Shown: positions 12,551-26,804 of the stretch, piece by piece
Layout of the letters: every line of letters begins with the position of its first letter
Numbering within the stretch: the first letter of the stretch is position 1
Assembly (NCBI GenBank): GCA_951406725.2
Contig: OX597839.1
Coordinates: 7,130,001-7,194,000 of the forward strand
Direction: 5' to 3'
Origin: Octopus vulgaris
Lineage: Eukaryota
Length of the DNA stretch: 64,000 nucleotides
The notes under the pieces: model-generated
Told to the model about the DNA's origin: nothing
Seen by the model: only the letters and a program-made list of their open reading frames with translations
Database searches by the model: none
Program-made: the position numbers and the translations under genes

Positions 12551-13443
12551 GTAGATATAGATGTAGATATGAATATATGATATACCTATAATTATAAATA
12601 TATATATATATATACATATTTATATTATGTATATGCGCGTGTGTGAGTGTATGTATGGATGGATGCATGTATGCATGTATGCATGAATGAATGTATGTAT
12701 GTATGTATGGATGGATGGATTGATGTCTAAACAAAGCATGCATGATGCATGCAACCATATATTCTCCAATGCAATTTTAAATAACTCAAACCTTATTATG
12801 TTTATATAATAACTCGAAATTTATAAAAATCCCTTTTTTTTTTACCATTTTCATTTTCATGATTTTCCGAACAACGTTTCTTTAGCTTCCAGATTCCTTT
12901 TGTTTTATGCATTGCCAAACTTTTCCAAAGCTAAACTCGTCTTCTTGCACCTATCGTATCTCATTGTTTCACTTTACACGATTTGGCTCCGAACTATGAA
13001 AAATTATTCAGGGGCAGAAAACCCTTTCTAAATTTGATTTGACATTTGGTAGCAGATTTCTTTGTAGTTAGGGTTTGCATAATTTTTATGATTTTTATGG
13101 GGGGTTTTTGGGGGTTTTTTTCTATCTTTTCTTTTTTCACTGCTATCTGAACCCTATACATTTTCTAGATGTTCTGGGTGTTGGTATTGAGGAATTTTTT
13201 CTACCAGTTTTTAAGAAAAAAAAATTTTTTGTATTGTGATTGAAGGTGGTTGTTCGTTTTTACAGGGGTATTTTTTGTGTGCTTATTTTGGAAGATTAGG
13301 GTGGAGTTATTAGACGAACGAAAGAACAAAAGAACTGAAGTAGGGATCATGAAGGAAAACGAATAAATTAATATATACATATAGAAGCATGTATACGCAG
13401 ATACACGCACATGCACGTATAAATATGTTGCTTTATGTGTGCA

Positions 13444-13493
<50 letters not shown>

Positions 13494-13532
13494 CCTATCT
13501 ATCTATATATCTATATATGTATATATATATAC

Positions 13533-13579
<47 letters not shown>

Positions 13580-13616
13580 TATATGTATATATATATACAT
13601 ATGTATATCTATCTAC

Positions 13617-13663
<47 letters not shown>

Positions 13664-13688
13664 CATATCAATCTATCTATTTATCTAT

Positions 13689-13795
<107 letters not shown>

Positions 13796-14472
13796 CACAG
13801 ACACACACACACACACAGATGTGTATGTGTATATATACAGATAGATAGATAGATAGATACATAGATAGACAGTAAACTACATACATATACTCACGCTCAC
13901 ACACAGAGGCACACACACATGCACACACATGTCTATGTATGTATATAGAAAGAAAGATGGTGGGGAAAGAGAATTAAAGGCAGGAAAGTGAAAGTGATGC
14001 CAAAATAAGGGAGAAAGGACACCGAAAGAAAGAGTCAGAGAGAGAGAGAGAGAGAGAGAAAGTGGGTGAGACAGAAAGTGAGGGAGAAGGTGAAAGAAAA
14101 ATAGAAGGATAATAAAGAAAACAGAGACAGAAATAGCAATAAAGATACAGGGAGGGAGTACAAAGAGGGACATGTTTATGTACTTGTGTGCGTGATGAAG
14201 CGGAATAAGGGGAAAAAAATACAGGGAGACAAAAGGAACATGTGAAGGAAAGAAAAACTGAACGAACCAAAACATCGAGAGAGAATGACACGTGTGTATA
14301 TATATATATGTGTGTTTATATATATATACATGTATATTTATATACTTATATATATACATATATATATACATATATATGTATGTATATATATATATGTTTA
14401 TATATATGTGTTTATATATATATGTATACATGTATATATATATACTTATATATATACATATATATATATATG

Positions 14473-14513
<41 letters not shown>

Positions 14514-14801
14514 GTATATATATGTATATATATAGGTATATATATATATATGTATATATATATACATATATATGTACGTATATATATATATATGTATGTA
14601 TATATATATATATGTATATGTATATATATATGTATATATATATATATATATGTAAAAGGGAGGTAAACGTGTTTGGTATGGGGCGAGGGTGGGGGTGGCG
14701 TGGGGGCTTGGTTGATTGCAGAAAAGGGTTCCGAATAGTAGGGGTTGGCTATGTGCGTGAATATGTTGGGGTTGGTGGTGGTGGTGGTATTCGTTTGATG
14801 T

Positions 14802-14958
14802 GTTTTTCTCTCTCTGTGTATCTTTCTGTTGAAGAGCGTAGGCTCGAAACGTTAAAGACTTGTTTTATTTATATTTCCTGAGCGCCATACTAATACAATT
14901 GTTCGTTTGTTTTCCACCTGCCTTCGTCTTTTGTTTATTTTCATAAAGCTTCCCGTTA
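14802..14958 (+). mobile_element. Penelope-like element remnant carrying a hammerhead-like motif
   Basis: Homologous to 46340-46490, 46685-46835, 50115-50262 and 61389-61593(-); ends in (TA)n. The Penelope assignment is inferred from the minimal hammerhead architecture. Confidence 0.6.
14821..14858 (+). ncRNA. Minimal type-I hammerhead ribozyme-like motif (CUGUUGA core variant)
   Basis: tcttt-CTGTTGA-a-gagc(gtag)gctc-GAAA-cgtt-aaaga: stem I tcttt/aaaga, stem II gagc/gctc. Confidence 0.65.
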
Positions 14959-15073
14959 TATATATATGTATATATATATGTATGTATATATACATATGTA
15001 TATATATATCTATATATATATATATATTTATGTATGTATATGTATATATGAACATATACATGTGTGTATATAC

Positions 15074-15107
<34 letters not shown>

Positions 15108-15156
15108 ATATACATTTATATATATATATGTATATATATATATGTATATATATATG

Positions 15157-15203
<47 letters not shown>

Positions 15204-16212
15204 ATTTGTATATATATTTAGGGAGAGAGAGAGGCAAGGAGAATGACAGACAGGTAGGCAGGCAGGCAGGCAGAGACAGACAGACAAGCAGACAAAGAGA
15301 AATAAACAGTGATTTTGTGTGCGCGTGGATGGGTGTGAGTATGTGTTTGTGTGTGTACTTTGTGCACGTAACGTCGTATCATGGTGGTTGGCTATATTTT
15401 GTAAGGAATTTCAAGGTGATACTTTCACGAAAGGCGCCATTGTTAGCATTTCGGTATGAGAGTGTGCCCTATGTTAAAAGGGAGGTAAACGTGTTTGGTA
15501 TGGGGCGAGGGTGGGGGTGGCGTGGGGGCTTGGTTGATTGCAGAAAAGGGTTCCGAATAGTAGGGCTTGGCTATGTGCGTGAATATGTTGGGGTTGGTGG
15601 TGGTGGTGGTATTCGTTTGATGTTGTCGGTGGTATTAGTGGTCTGGAGTTTTTGTTGGCGCTATTTAAAAATTGCGAAATGGCGATGGTGAAATAATTTT
15701 TCCATTAACGTAACGTGAACTACATCCACACAAACATACCCTCGCACACACACACACACACACACACCCACACACACACACACAAACGTACACATACACA
15801 CGCATGCAGATATATGGATAGACGAATATATATATACAAACATACATATTCACACACACATACTTATACATAGAAACTTAGATTTTTGTCTAGAAGCGCG
15901 TATGTTTATATACATGTATGTAAGGATATATATTATATATATATATCTACACATTTCTGTGCATGTATATATATATATATATATATACTTACATACACAC
16001 ACAGACACACAAATATTCACACAATCGCACACACACACAAACATGTGTGTATAGATAGATATATAGATACAGTTATATGCTTCTTTCTTCATGTGTGCAT
16101 ATATATATGTGTGTGTATGTGTGTATGTTTGTGTGCATAAATATATTTATATATATATTCACATATATATATATTCGCACGTGCACACGTATACTCTCAT
16201 GTGCTCACAGGT

Positions 16213-16285
<73 letters not shown>

Positions 16286-16431
16286 CGATATATAGACCGA
16301 CTAGTAATTATTGATCGCCTTTTCATTGTTAAACTATTAAAGTGAAAGTAGATGCAAGTTTGGAATGGGCATGTAGCAGACAGTTATTTTGTTTGTAACT
16401 TCTTAGAGAAAGGGTTTTGGGGTTTTCTAGG

Positions 16432-16536
16432 TTAGGCTTTGGGTTGAGACCGCTCATCACTTTTTTTTTGTTATACATATATATTTGTTTTATATATATC
16501 TATATCTATATATATATATACATATATATATATCTA

Positions 16537-16573
<37 letters not shown>

Positions 16574-16630
16574 CAAATATATATGTATAACCAAAAAAAA
16601 AGCGGTGAGCGGTCTCAACCAAAAGCCTAA
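16432..16630. repeat. Inverted repeat (about 58-bp arms) enclosing a TA microsatellite
   Basis: ttaggctttgggttgagaccgctcatc...gttatacatatatatttgtt / aacaaatatatatgtataacc...ggtgagcggtctcaaccaaaagcctaa. Confidence 0.85.
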
Positions 16631-17188
16631 TATACATATATATATATATATATGAAGCATGTACCTTACAAGCAATGTAATTCATCCTCCTTAAAAAAAT
16701 GAGCATTTTATATTTTTCTTCTTTTATTTTCCTTTTTTTATTTTTCCTTTAAATAGTTAAAATTCCACGAGAAAAAAATGGAGTTCAATTGTGTTTCTGT
16801 TGGTGAATTTTTTCGTTTCTTTTTATATTTTTGTAATTTTTTAAAAAATTCTATCTTTGGCATTTGCAGTATATAAAGGGGTTACATATTTAATTTTATT
16901 TATGGTATTATTTATTTTTTTTTTTTTAAATTTCAGTTTTTTAAGGTCGAGTTTGGGGTGGGGTGAGGGAGGCGGGATTTTTTTGCCTCCTTGAAATTTT
17001 AACGATTTTTTTTCTTCTTTAACCACCAGTATTTTATTGAATACCAAAATTCTTTCGTGAAAGAATTATGAGCGTCTATAGATAAATAGACAGATACTGA
17101 CGAAGAAAGATACACATAAACACACTGGCTACACTTAAATAGTCTCGCCCAGGCGCACACTAACCCTTACACACACACACACACACAT

Positions 17189-17251
<63 letters not shown>

Positions 17252-17659
17252 TATGCATACATACCAACATACATAGTCTTACATACATGCACACACACAC
17301 GTATATACACGCGTATATACACGCACACACAAATTCAAAGGCGCCCATAGTTAATATGTAACATATACTAAATACAATACTAAACGGACTTCATTATCAA
17401 TAACAATAAAAAGCACTTTGAAGGTCAAAATTCCTTGCATGTTTTTTTCTTTTTCTTTTCTTTTTGTTGTTAATGTGAATCATGCTTATTGAACATTGAG
17501 TGTTCTCGTTTTCGGTCTGTCAATCTACAGATTTTCCGGAACGGTTTCAAACCTTATGAATGCATCTCAGTGGTTTTAATCGATATCTTGTGGTCATATT
17601 TGTCTTGGAGAAATTTCGAAACTGGGTTCTCGTTCCTCAGGTATTTTTCGATGTTATTA

Positions 17660-17721
<62 letters not shown>

Positions 17722-17731
17722 GTTATTTTTA

Positions 17732-17774
<43 letters not shown>

Positions 17775-17795
17775 GATTATTATTATTATTTTTGT

Positions 17796-18105
17796 GGAGG
17801 CGCAATGGCCCAGTGATTAGGGCAGTGGACTCGCAGTCGGAGGATCGCGGTTTCAATTTCCAGACCGGGCGTTGTGTATGTTTATTGAGTGAAAACACCA
17901 AAAGAAGCTCCACGAGGCTCCGGCAGGGGGTGTTCGCGACCCCTGTTGTACTCTTTCACCACAACTTTCTCTCACTCTCTCTTCCTGTTTCTTGAGTAAC
18001 GCTGCGATGGACTGGCGTCCCGTCCAGCTTGGGGAGAACACATACGTCACAGAAACCGGGAAAATGGGCCCATGAGCCTAGCTAGGCTTAAAAAGGGCGA
18101 CGAAA
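17796..18105 (+). mobile_element. tRNA-derived SINE (family B, head 1 + tail A) inserted in (ATT)n
   Basis: Head ggaggcgcaatggcccagtgattagggcagtggactcgcagtcggaggatcgcggtttcaattt; tail gcgatggactggcgtcccgtccag...ggctt aaaagggcg. Confidence 0.85.
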
Positions 18106-18129
18106 TTATTATTATTATTATTATTATTG

Positions 18130-18538
<409 letters not shown>

Positions 18539-18765
18539 AGGGCGGCCAGCTGGCAGAATCGTCAGTACGACAGGCAAAATGCTTTGCGGCATTCTAATTT
18601 CAAACTTTGGCATAGCAGACTTACATCCTCTCCCGAAATTACTTCTCTTGTCCCAAAATGTTTAACCATCGTCACAAGTAGTAGTAGTAGTAGTAGTAGT
18701 AGTAGGGGTTGTTGTTGTTGGTGGTGGTGGTGGTAGTAGCAGCAGCAGTAGTGGTAGTAGTAGTT

Positions 18766-18799
<34 letters not shown>

Positions 18800-18801
18800 C
18801 G

Positions 18802-18853
<52 letters not shown>

Positions 18854-18866
18854 AAGTAGTAGTAGT

Positions 18867-18921
<55 letters not shown>

Positions 18922-19013
18922 CTTATGCATGACTTTAGTTTCAGAAATATGTAAATGTGTTCAGTTTCACACAGACTAACACACTGACTCCGTTTGTCTG
19001 TTCCCTCTCTCTT

Positions 19014-19070
<57 letters not shown>

Positions 19071-19507
19071 CACATACGGAAATACGCTTAATATAGTTCG
19101 TACACTGTTATAAATATTATGGTCTTATTATTTCGTCCAACTTTTTTTCTTTTTTATGTAGCGTCATTCAGTAGTTTGCTATTTAGTATGTATGAGTCTA
19201 GACGAGGTTTTAGAATGTAGTTTCAACGTTACGACAAACGGTTTTTTTCTCTTTTGTGATATACATTCACATATATCACAAATTTATCACCAGATTACAG
19301 CTTGTATGACGATATCTTTTAAATTAGATCTAATATTAATTTGACAGAGATTTACGTTCACAATTTATTTATAGATTAGGAATTATTTTACCATATTATT
19401 TTTTCTTTTAATAATTTTGTCCAATATAATTTTCCGAAACATTCAGTTGCGAGATATGTTCTACTTTATATATACATATATTCTTAGAAAGTAGTTCAAC
19501 GTGCATG

Positions 19508-19567
<60 letters not shown>

Positions 19568-19580
19568 TATATCTATATAC

Positions 19581-19669
<89 letters not shown>

Positions 19670-19769
19670 GCATATATATAAATATGTATATATATATATA
19701 TAAATTTTTTCCGTAATGAGATAAAAAAAAACAAGGCTGTGTAGATTTTAGAACATTTATAAATGGAAA

Positions 19770-19818
19770 GTCCTACAGCTGTTTCTAGATATATTTATTA
19801 TATCTCTTCATCGGAGAC
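19770..19818 (-). ncRNA. Minimal type-I hammerhead ribozyme-like motif with palindromic helix III
   Basis: Minus strand gtct-CCGATGA-ag-agatata(ataaa)tatatct-a-GAAA-cagctg-TA-ggac: U4C core change, 7-bp stem II, palindrome CAGCTG, stem I gtct/ggac. Confidence 0.7.
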
Positions 19819-19879
19819 AGTGTGAGAAGACGGTTAAGCAATATACTTGTATTAATGTCCTGTTATTTGTATTTGTGTA

Positions 19880-20157
19880 TCATTTCTCTGGGGGGTTTTT
19901 TCGTCCTTGTTCTTGTATACATTCGCTGCTTTCTTCCAAGGAATCTAGAGCTCTTAGCTTAGATTTTCCTTGGCCTGGCCAGATTGGAGCAATCTTGAGT
20001 ATAACCAGCCGAAATTGCAAAGATAATCTGGAATTCGAGTGAGGAAAGAAAACTCCGAATGACCCGTCCTTGTTTTCTTTGTATCGTTTGTCTGGATATT
20101 TTGTTGTCCCCTTTTTATATCCGAACTGTCTGGATGTTTTGCGTTTTCTCCCAATTT

Positions 20158-20160
<3 letters not shown>
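19880..20160 (+). mobile_element. Dispersed (TA)n-associated repeat, unclassified
   Basis: Shares blocks (agtataa.cagcc.aaattgc, gaa.gct.cgaat, ttgtatcgt, gttttgcgtt) with 51350-51468(-) and 60827-60935(+). Confidence 0.55.
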
Positions 20161-20188
<28 letters not shown>

Positions 20189-20513
20189 AAGATCCCCTTT
20201 TGTCATGAATGACCATGGGATTGCACCTTTAAAGTCACCCTCCGAAACACAAGTCCGGGCAATGTTGTATATAGAAGACCAGTAGTCGCCCATGCATACC
20301 AGCCTCCCCTCTCTGTGCCACCGATGTTGGTCAAAGGAAAGGCAAAGGCCGACACAGCTTGGCACCCGTGACGTCACAACTCATTTCTTCAGCTGAGTGA
20401 ACTGGAGCAACGTGAAATAAAGTGTCTTGCTCAAGAACACAATACATAGCCGGTCCGTGAATCGAACTCACTACCTCATGATTGTGAGCTCAAAGCTCTA
20501 TCCACTGAGCCAC
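20189..20513 (-). mobile_element. tRNA-derived CORE-like SINE (family B, head 2 + tail C)
   Basis: Minus strand gtggctcagtggatagagc...gagttcgattc...gtgttcttgagcaagacactttatttcacgttgctccagttcactcagctg. Confidence 0.85.
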
Positions 20514-20599
20514 GTATATATGCACCAGCAGAAATGGCTCCTACGAAAATAACATTAGTTCTCTCTGTCGTTCACTTCTTCTCAACCAATCAAAGTACC

Positions 20600-21200
20600 G
20601 TTTGCCACTCAACTGACAAAAAAGTGTCGTACCTGTATTTCAAAGGGCCAGCCTTGTCGCATTAAGTCTCACACTGATTCTGCATGAGAACCGCGTCAGC
20701 GGTACGCGTGTCTGTTGAGTGGCCATCCACTTGCACATTGATTCCACGAATAAACAGACCCATTCAGAAATTCCGGCAGCAACAATTTGCCCATGACTGG
20801 CACAGTGACTCTCTCATCGATTCATAAATTGATCTTTGCGTGTACGAATATCCGATTGAGCGTCATGTCCTTCAGCGGGGCATTTTGTTTCACATTGCTC
20901 CACTTCGCTCAGCTGGCAAAAATGAGATGTACCCGTGTTTCAAAGGGTCAGCCTTGTCACACTCTGCGTCACGTTGAATCCCTAGGCCATTTTGTTTCAC
21001 ATTGCTCCACTTCGCTCAGCTGGCAAAACTGAGTTGTACCTGTATTTCAAAGGGTCAGCCTTGTCACACTCTGCGTCACGCTGAATCCCTATGAGAATTA
21101 CATTAAGGATACGAGTGTTTGTAGAGTTTTCCAACCACTTGCACGTTAATTTCCCGAGCAGGCAGTTTGTTCCGTTGTCGTAATCGACGGAGTGTCAGTT
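20600..21200 (+). mobile_element. Cluster of degenerate family-B SINE bodies with an internal duplication of about 107 bp
   Basis: cattttgtttcacattgctccacttcgctcagctggcaaaa...gtcacactctgcgtcacg occurs twice (about 20881 and about 20988). Confidence 0.7.
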
Positions 21201-22174
21201 ATGAGGGAATCACTTGATAATTTCTTCGCTATTTTTAGCAAATCGACCGACTACGTACAGGCCCTCTCATCGACTCTCTCCATATTGAAAGTTATTCATC
21301 CATGTAATAACATTATTTCAATTTAGGCTCAGCTTCTCTCAATGATGTATCTTGTACTCGGATGTACCGCTATAAATTATTTATTGTTTCATTACCCACC
21401 CTAACAACACAATCAGGATGTTTTGTTCTGATTGTTGTTGATGCTGTTGCTATTTGTGTTGTCTTTGTGGGGTTTTTTTTTTTCATTTGTTTTTAAAGAA
21501 AAGCTCTTTTGAAATTTTGGACAATGCATCCGGCTTTCATTGTTCGTTCCATTATATGACATGCGTTGTGCAATACAAATTTTTAAGTGCAAAAATGTAC
21601 ACGTTCCATATTAAAATTCCTTAAATAATTATATCTTGGTTTAATTTTATTATATTTTTTATATTCATTTTCATTATTATTTTATTTCAATTTTTTTTTA
21701 CGCGTGTTGTGAAATGTTGTGGTCTGTGAATATGGCGTTGGTGTGAATATTAGCAATTTTCATTTTTAAATAAATAAACATATTGTGGTTTCTCAGATAC
21801 GGCGGTCAAACATCGTTCGTGATGTCTTTAATAATGCATGGGATGAAATAAAAGCAACAACAACAATAACAATAACAACACCAACGTCATCACCACTACT
21901 ACCATCACCATAACAACAACAACAACTGCTTTTTCCACTGCGTGGCCCGTCTTAGGATAAACGATCTGTTGTGGGAAAATAACGCATACATTCTTTTGCT
22001 GGTTTTCGTCTTGGACTGCGGCCATACTGGGGCATCTCAGTCAAGCGTTTTTAGTCTATCACATCAACTTGTGTACTTTGAATTCTTGAGTCTATATTCG
22101 TATGATTTTTGTAGCAATTTTCCAAGTTCTGAAACTCCATTAACAATCTCAATAAACAAACAAAGAAATAAAGA

Positions 22175-22261
<87 letters not shown>

Positions 22262-22295
22262 GATGATAATAATAATAGTAATAATATTAATGATG

Positions 22296-22332
<37 letters not shown>

Positions 22333-22414
22333 TAATAATTATAATGATGATGATAATAATAATAGTAATAATAATAATGATGATGATGATGATAGTAATA
22401 ATAACAATAACAAT

Positions 22415-22500
<86 letters not shown>

Positions 22501-22541
22501 TGATGATAATAATAATAATAATAATGATAATAATAATAATA

Positions 22542-22592
<51 letters not shown>

Positions 22593-22907
22593 AATTCTGA
22601 CCGGATCCGACTTTTCACACCGACGCCACATTGCCATTATAAAAAAAATAAACAATTATATCATGGAAATCATAGAGCTGCGAGGTAATGCATAATTAAT
22701 GCAAAACAATGCGATTAAATTTATCATTACATTTGACAGAATAATCTAAACGCTAAAAGGATACACTTCACTCGACATGCTTTCATGCTACTTCCGAGAT
22801 TTCATTCATACAATTTTAATTGATCGCAGGATTGGACACTAATAAGCTACTGCAAGGAGAATTGTAGTGAGATTTGCCCAGATGTACGTGTCTGCGACTG
22901 TGCATGA

Positions 22908-22952
<45 letters not shown>

Positions 22953-22958
22953 CATAAA

Positions 22959-23074
<116 letters not shown>

Positions 23075-23160
23075 TTATATCTATCTAATATAGGATGAAT
23101 TTTTCAAAAACAATTTTATCAATGGCCAGCATATTAAAAAATACCTTTAAAGGTTAAATT

Positions 23161-23298
23161 TATAAACAACTTATAAACAAGGGCAAAAGAAATATGCCGA
23201 AAATAGACAAATTGTCAGAAAAGTATATGGTTATAGACAATTTGTCTATTATCGGCATATTTGGCATTAGAATTTTCTTTTGCCCTTGTTTATAAGTT

Positions 23299-23305
<7 letters not shown>
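23161..23305. repeat. Nested inverted repeat / hairpin next to (TA)n
   Basis: Outer arms tataaacaacttataaacaagggcaaaagaaa / tttcttttgcccttgtttataagttgtttata; inner arms atatgccga.aatagacaaattgtc / gacaatttgtctatt.tcggcatat. Confidence 0.88.
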
Positions 23306-23346
<41 letters not shown>

Positions 23347-23456
23347 GAGTAATAAAAGAACAGTGACGCAGTGAATCAACAAACACCTTGGAATATGACT
23401 CTACAGTTTTTCCTCCATTTTGCTTACCCAGACAAATGCACACATGCAATATATAT

Positions 23457-23491
<35 letters not shown>

Positions 23492-23569
23492 CACGCACAC
23501 TCACATATATATACATGTAAATACATGTTTGTCTGTATTTATGTATTGAAGTATACACGTGTGTGTGTG

Positions 23570-23605
<36 letters not shown>

Positions 23606-24773
23606 TGACAAAAACACACACATTCATAGATATTTGCATATGTACATACATTCTTACATGTATGAGGTTATATGTATATGCTTAGATGCTTACACATATG
23701 CTTAAATAAACTTATACACACACACACACGCACATAAACAGACACACACATAGACGTCGCACAGATATATAAAAAGAAAAAAAATGGAAGAACGAGAAAG
23801 AAAGAAATGAAGAAAAGAAAAAGTCAACGAAGGGAAGAAAGAAAGAAAGAAAGAAAATAGAAAATAGAAAGAAAAGAAGGAAGAAAGAATCAATGAATCA
23901 AAGAAAGAAAGAAAAAGAGAGAAAGAATGAACGAAAGGAAGGAAGAAGGAAAGATAGTGAAAATGAGGGAGATGACGGCTCCAATGACGATGATGACAAC
24001 TACGAACTCGGTAATTTTTTTTCCATTACCAAATTTTAGTCAAAACCCACACACTTTTGAAAATGACTGTACTGTCAACCGCATCTATTTATTTATTCAC
24101 CAAAAAAAAAAAAAAAAATTACTGGAATTTGAAAATGGCTACGTGATCATACTTTTGTATGTTATTACGACAGAGCAACGTCTCTAGGAAATAACATTCG
24201 ACTTTCTCTATTTCTGTTTTTCTTTTCCTTCATAGAAATGGAATTTAATTCGATACATTTTCATTTAACAAATCGCAATGTGACTAACCAATCTTTTTAT
24301 CTATACCATTCATAACTGTTATAGACAATTCAATTTCAGATCTTGGTTAAAATCTGATATACGGCCCACTTGGGAGCCTAAAATAATCTATTGGCATTCT
24401 AAAGTTTACCACATGGCTTTTGTAGTGGTTGTAAATCGGACAGTTGCAATCGTTCATCTTTTGAATCGTTTAGGAATCTCTCATGGCTGCCACAGGATGC
24501 TATCATGCACAGGAAAAACAGCAACAATAACAACAACAACGACGATGACGACGACGACAACTACTACTACTACTAATACTACTACTACTACAAACAGCAC
24601 CACCGCTACTACTACTACTACAAACAGCACCACCGCTACTACTACTACAAACAGCACCACCACTACTACTACTACTACTGCTACTACTACTACTACTACT
24701 ACTACTACAAACAGCATCACCGCTACTACTACTACAAACAGCACCACCACTACTAATGCTACTGGTGCTGCTG

Positions 24774-24831
<58 letters not shown>

Positions 24832-24890
24832 AAACAGCATCACCGCTACTACTACTACAAACAGCACCACCACTACTACTGCAACTGCTG

Positions 24891-24932
<42 letters not shown>

Positions 24933-25219
24933 ATACTCTTACCACCTCCAGTGCCACCACCATTATCACCACAACCTCAGCCACTATCATCACCACCACC
25001 ACCACCACCACCACCACCACCACCACCACCACCACCAACGACACTACTTGTTTACATCCTTGCAAATCTAGCGGCTCGGCAAGAGAAACTCATTGAATAA
25101 GTGCTAGACTTGAAAAAGAATGAGTCCTCCGTTCGATTTGTTCGATTGGAACCCTTCAGCCTTGTACTTTAGCATGGCCTCAGTCCAATGAAATAGATTA
25201 CATGAAATGTTGAGGAATA

Positions 25220-25384
25220 GGCGCAGGAGTGGCTGTGTGGTAAGTAGCTTGCTTATGAACTACATGGTTCTGGGTTCAGTCCCACTGCGTGGCATCTTGG
25301 GCAAATGTCTTCTACTATAGCCTCGGGCCGACCAAAGCCTAGTGAGTGGATTTGTTAGACGGAAACTGAAAGAAGCCTGTCGTG

Positions 25385-25415
<31 letters not shown>

Positions 25416-25633
25416 AAGTGTGTGTTTGTGTGTCTGTGTTTGTCCCCCTAGCATTGCTTGACAACCGATGCTGGTGTGTTTACGTCCCCGTCACTTAGCG
25501 GTTCGGCAAAAAGAGACCGATAGAATAAGTACTGGGCTTACAAAGAATAAGTCCCGGGGTCGATTTGCTCGACTAAAGGCGGTGCTCCAGCATGGCCGCA
25601 GTCAAATAACTGAAACAAGTAAAAGTAAAAGTA
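25220..25633 (+). mobile_element. SINE family A, full length
   Basis: tRNA-like head with A/B boxes (tggctgtgtggtaag; gggttcagtcc), internal (TA/TG)n, tail ccagcatggccgcagtcaaataactgaaacaag(taaaag)n. Confidence 0.92.
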
Positions 25634-26037
25634 GAAAGATACTCTTTTACTGTCTTACTGATCCCAGCCAGCAGACTGCGGCCAAGCACTGACGGTGCTT
25701 AAGCCTAATTCCCTTCCATATTAAAAGTTACACATTTCTTCACTTCATTCTTACGAAGCTTAATTTATTTACACATTTAAATTAGTCAGAATATGGATAT
25801 TTTGTTGCATTCATTCGTTTAGCCAGAGATTCTCCGCCATTTCTTTTTAACCTATGGACTCCTTTGATTATTGCCCTATTCCGGTGGATCCCCACACCCT
25901 ATCGATGTTTATAAACTAGTTTTATAGATACTGCTTTCAAAATTCCTATTTTGCTTTCCAAGTATTAACTTGTGTAAGATGAACTTTGTAAAGCGTCAGA
26001 GAAAGAAACCGAGGTGTTTCTAGCAATAATTTCATCA

Positions 26038-26215
26038 GGCGTAGGAGTGGCTGTGTGGTAAGTAGCTTGCTTACCAACCACATGGTTCCGGGTTCAGTCC
26101 CACTGTGTGGCATCTTGGGCAAGTGTCTTCTACTATAGCCTCGGGCTGACCAAAGCCTTGTGAGTGGATTTGGTACAGAAACTGAAAGAAGCCCGTCGTA
26201 TATATGTATATGTAT

Positions 26216-26258
<43 letters not shown>

Positions 26259-26472
26259 TGTGTCTGTATTTGTCACCCCAACATCGCTTGACAATCGACG
26301 CTGGTGTGTTTACGTCCCCGTAACTTAGCGGTTCGGCAAAAGAACCCGATAGAATAAGTACTAGATTACAAAGAATAAGTCCTGAGATCGATTTGCTCGA
26401 CTAAAGGCGGTGCTCCAGCATAGCCGCAGTCAAATGACTCAAACAAGTAAAAGTGTAAGAGAGTGAAAAGTA
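26038..26472 (+). mobile_element. SINE family A, full length
   Basis: Colinear with 25220-25633. Confidence 0.92.
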
Positions 26473-26804
26473 AGGCAAAACTTTTTATGGCCCCTTGATA
26501 TTCTATTATGGATCGCCAGTTTAATTTCTTGTTTGTGCGACACCTGAAATCGAACCCGGTTCAGATTCACTGGTTTACGTTTTCAAAGTCTTCACGAATC
26601 CGATTTACCTCTTTTACTTGTTTCGCCGCTAGATTCTTTCTAAATGAGAAAATGTACTCTTGCGACACAACAATAATAAGCACATGACCGTTCACATCTG
26701 TCAGAACTTATTTCGATTAAATACGTAAGAGACAGTTTTCAATCTCGCTGTTCACTGCTTTAATAAAATAAGGAATTTGCTTTTAAAATAGAATCGAAAC
26801 CGGC

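Noticed and set aside
20025-20072. ctccgaatgaccc as the 3' end of an HDV-like ribozyme
   Set aside because: No upstream complement for P2 and no nested pseudoknot could be built by eye.
24413-25096. Mucin-like Thr-rich ORF
   Set aside because: Compound (ACT/ACC)n microsatellite running into a SINE remnant, with no signal peptide or splice support.
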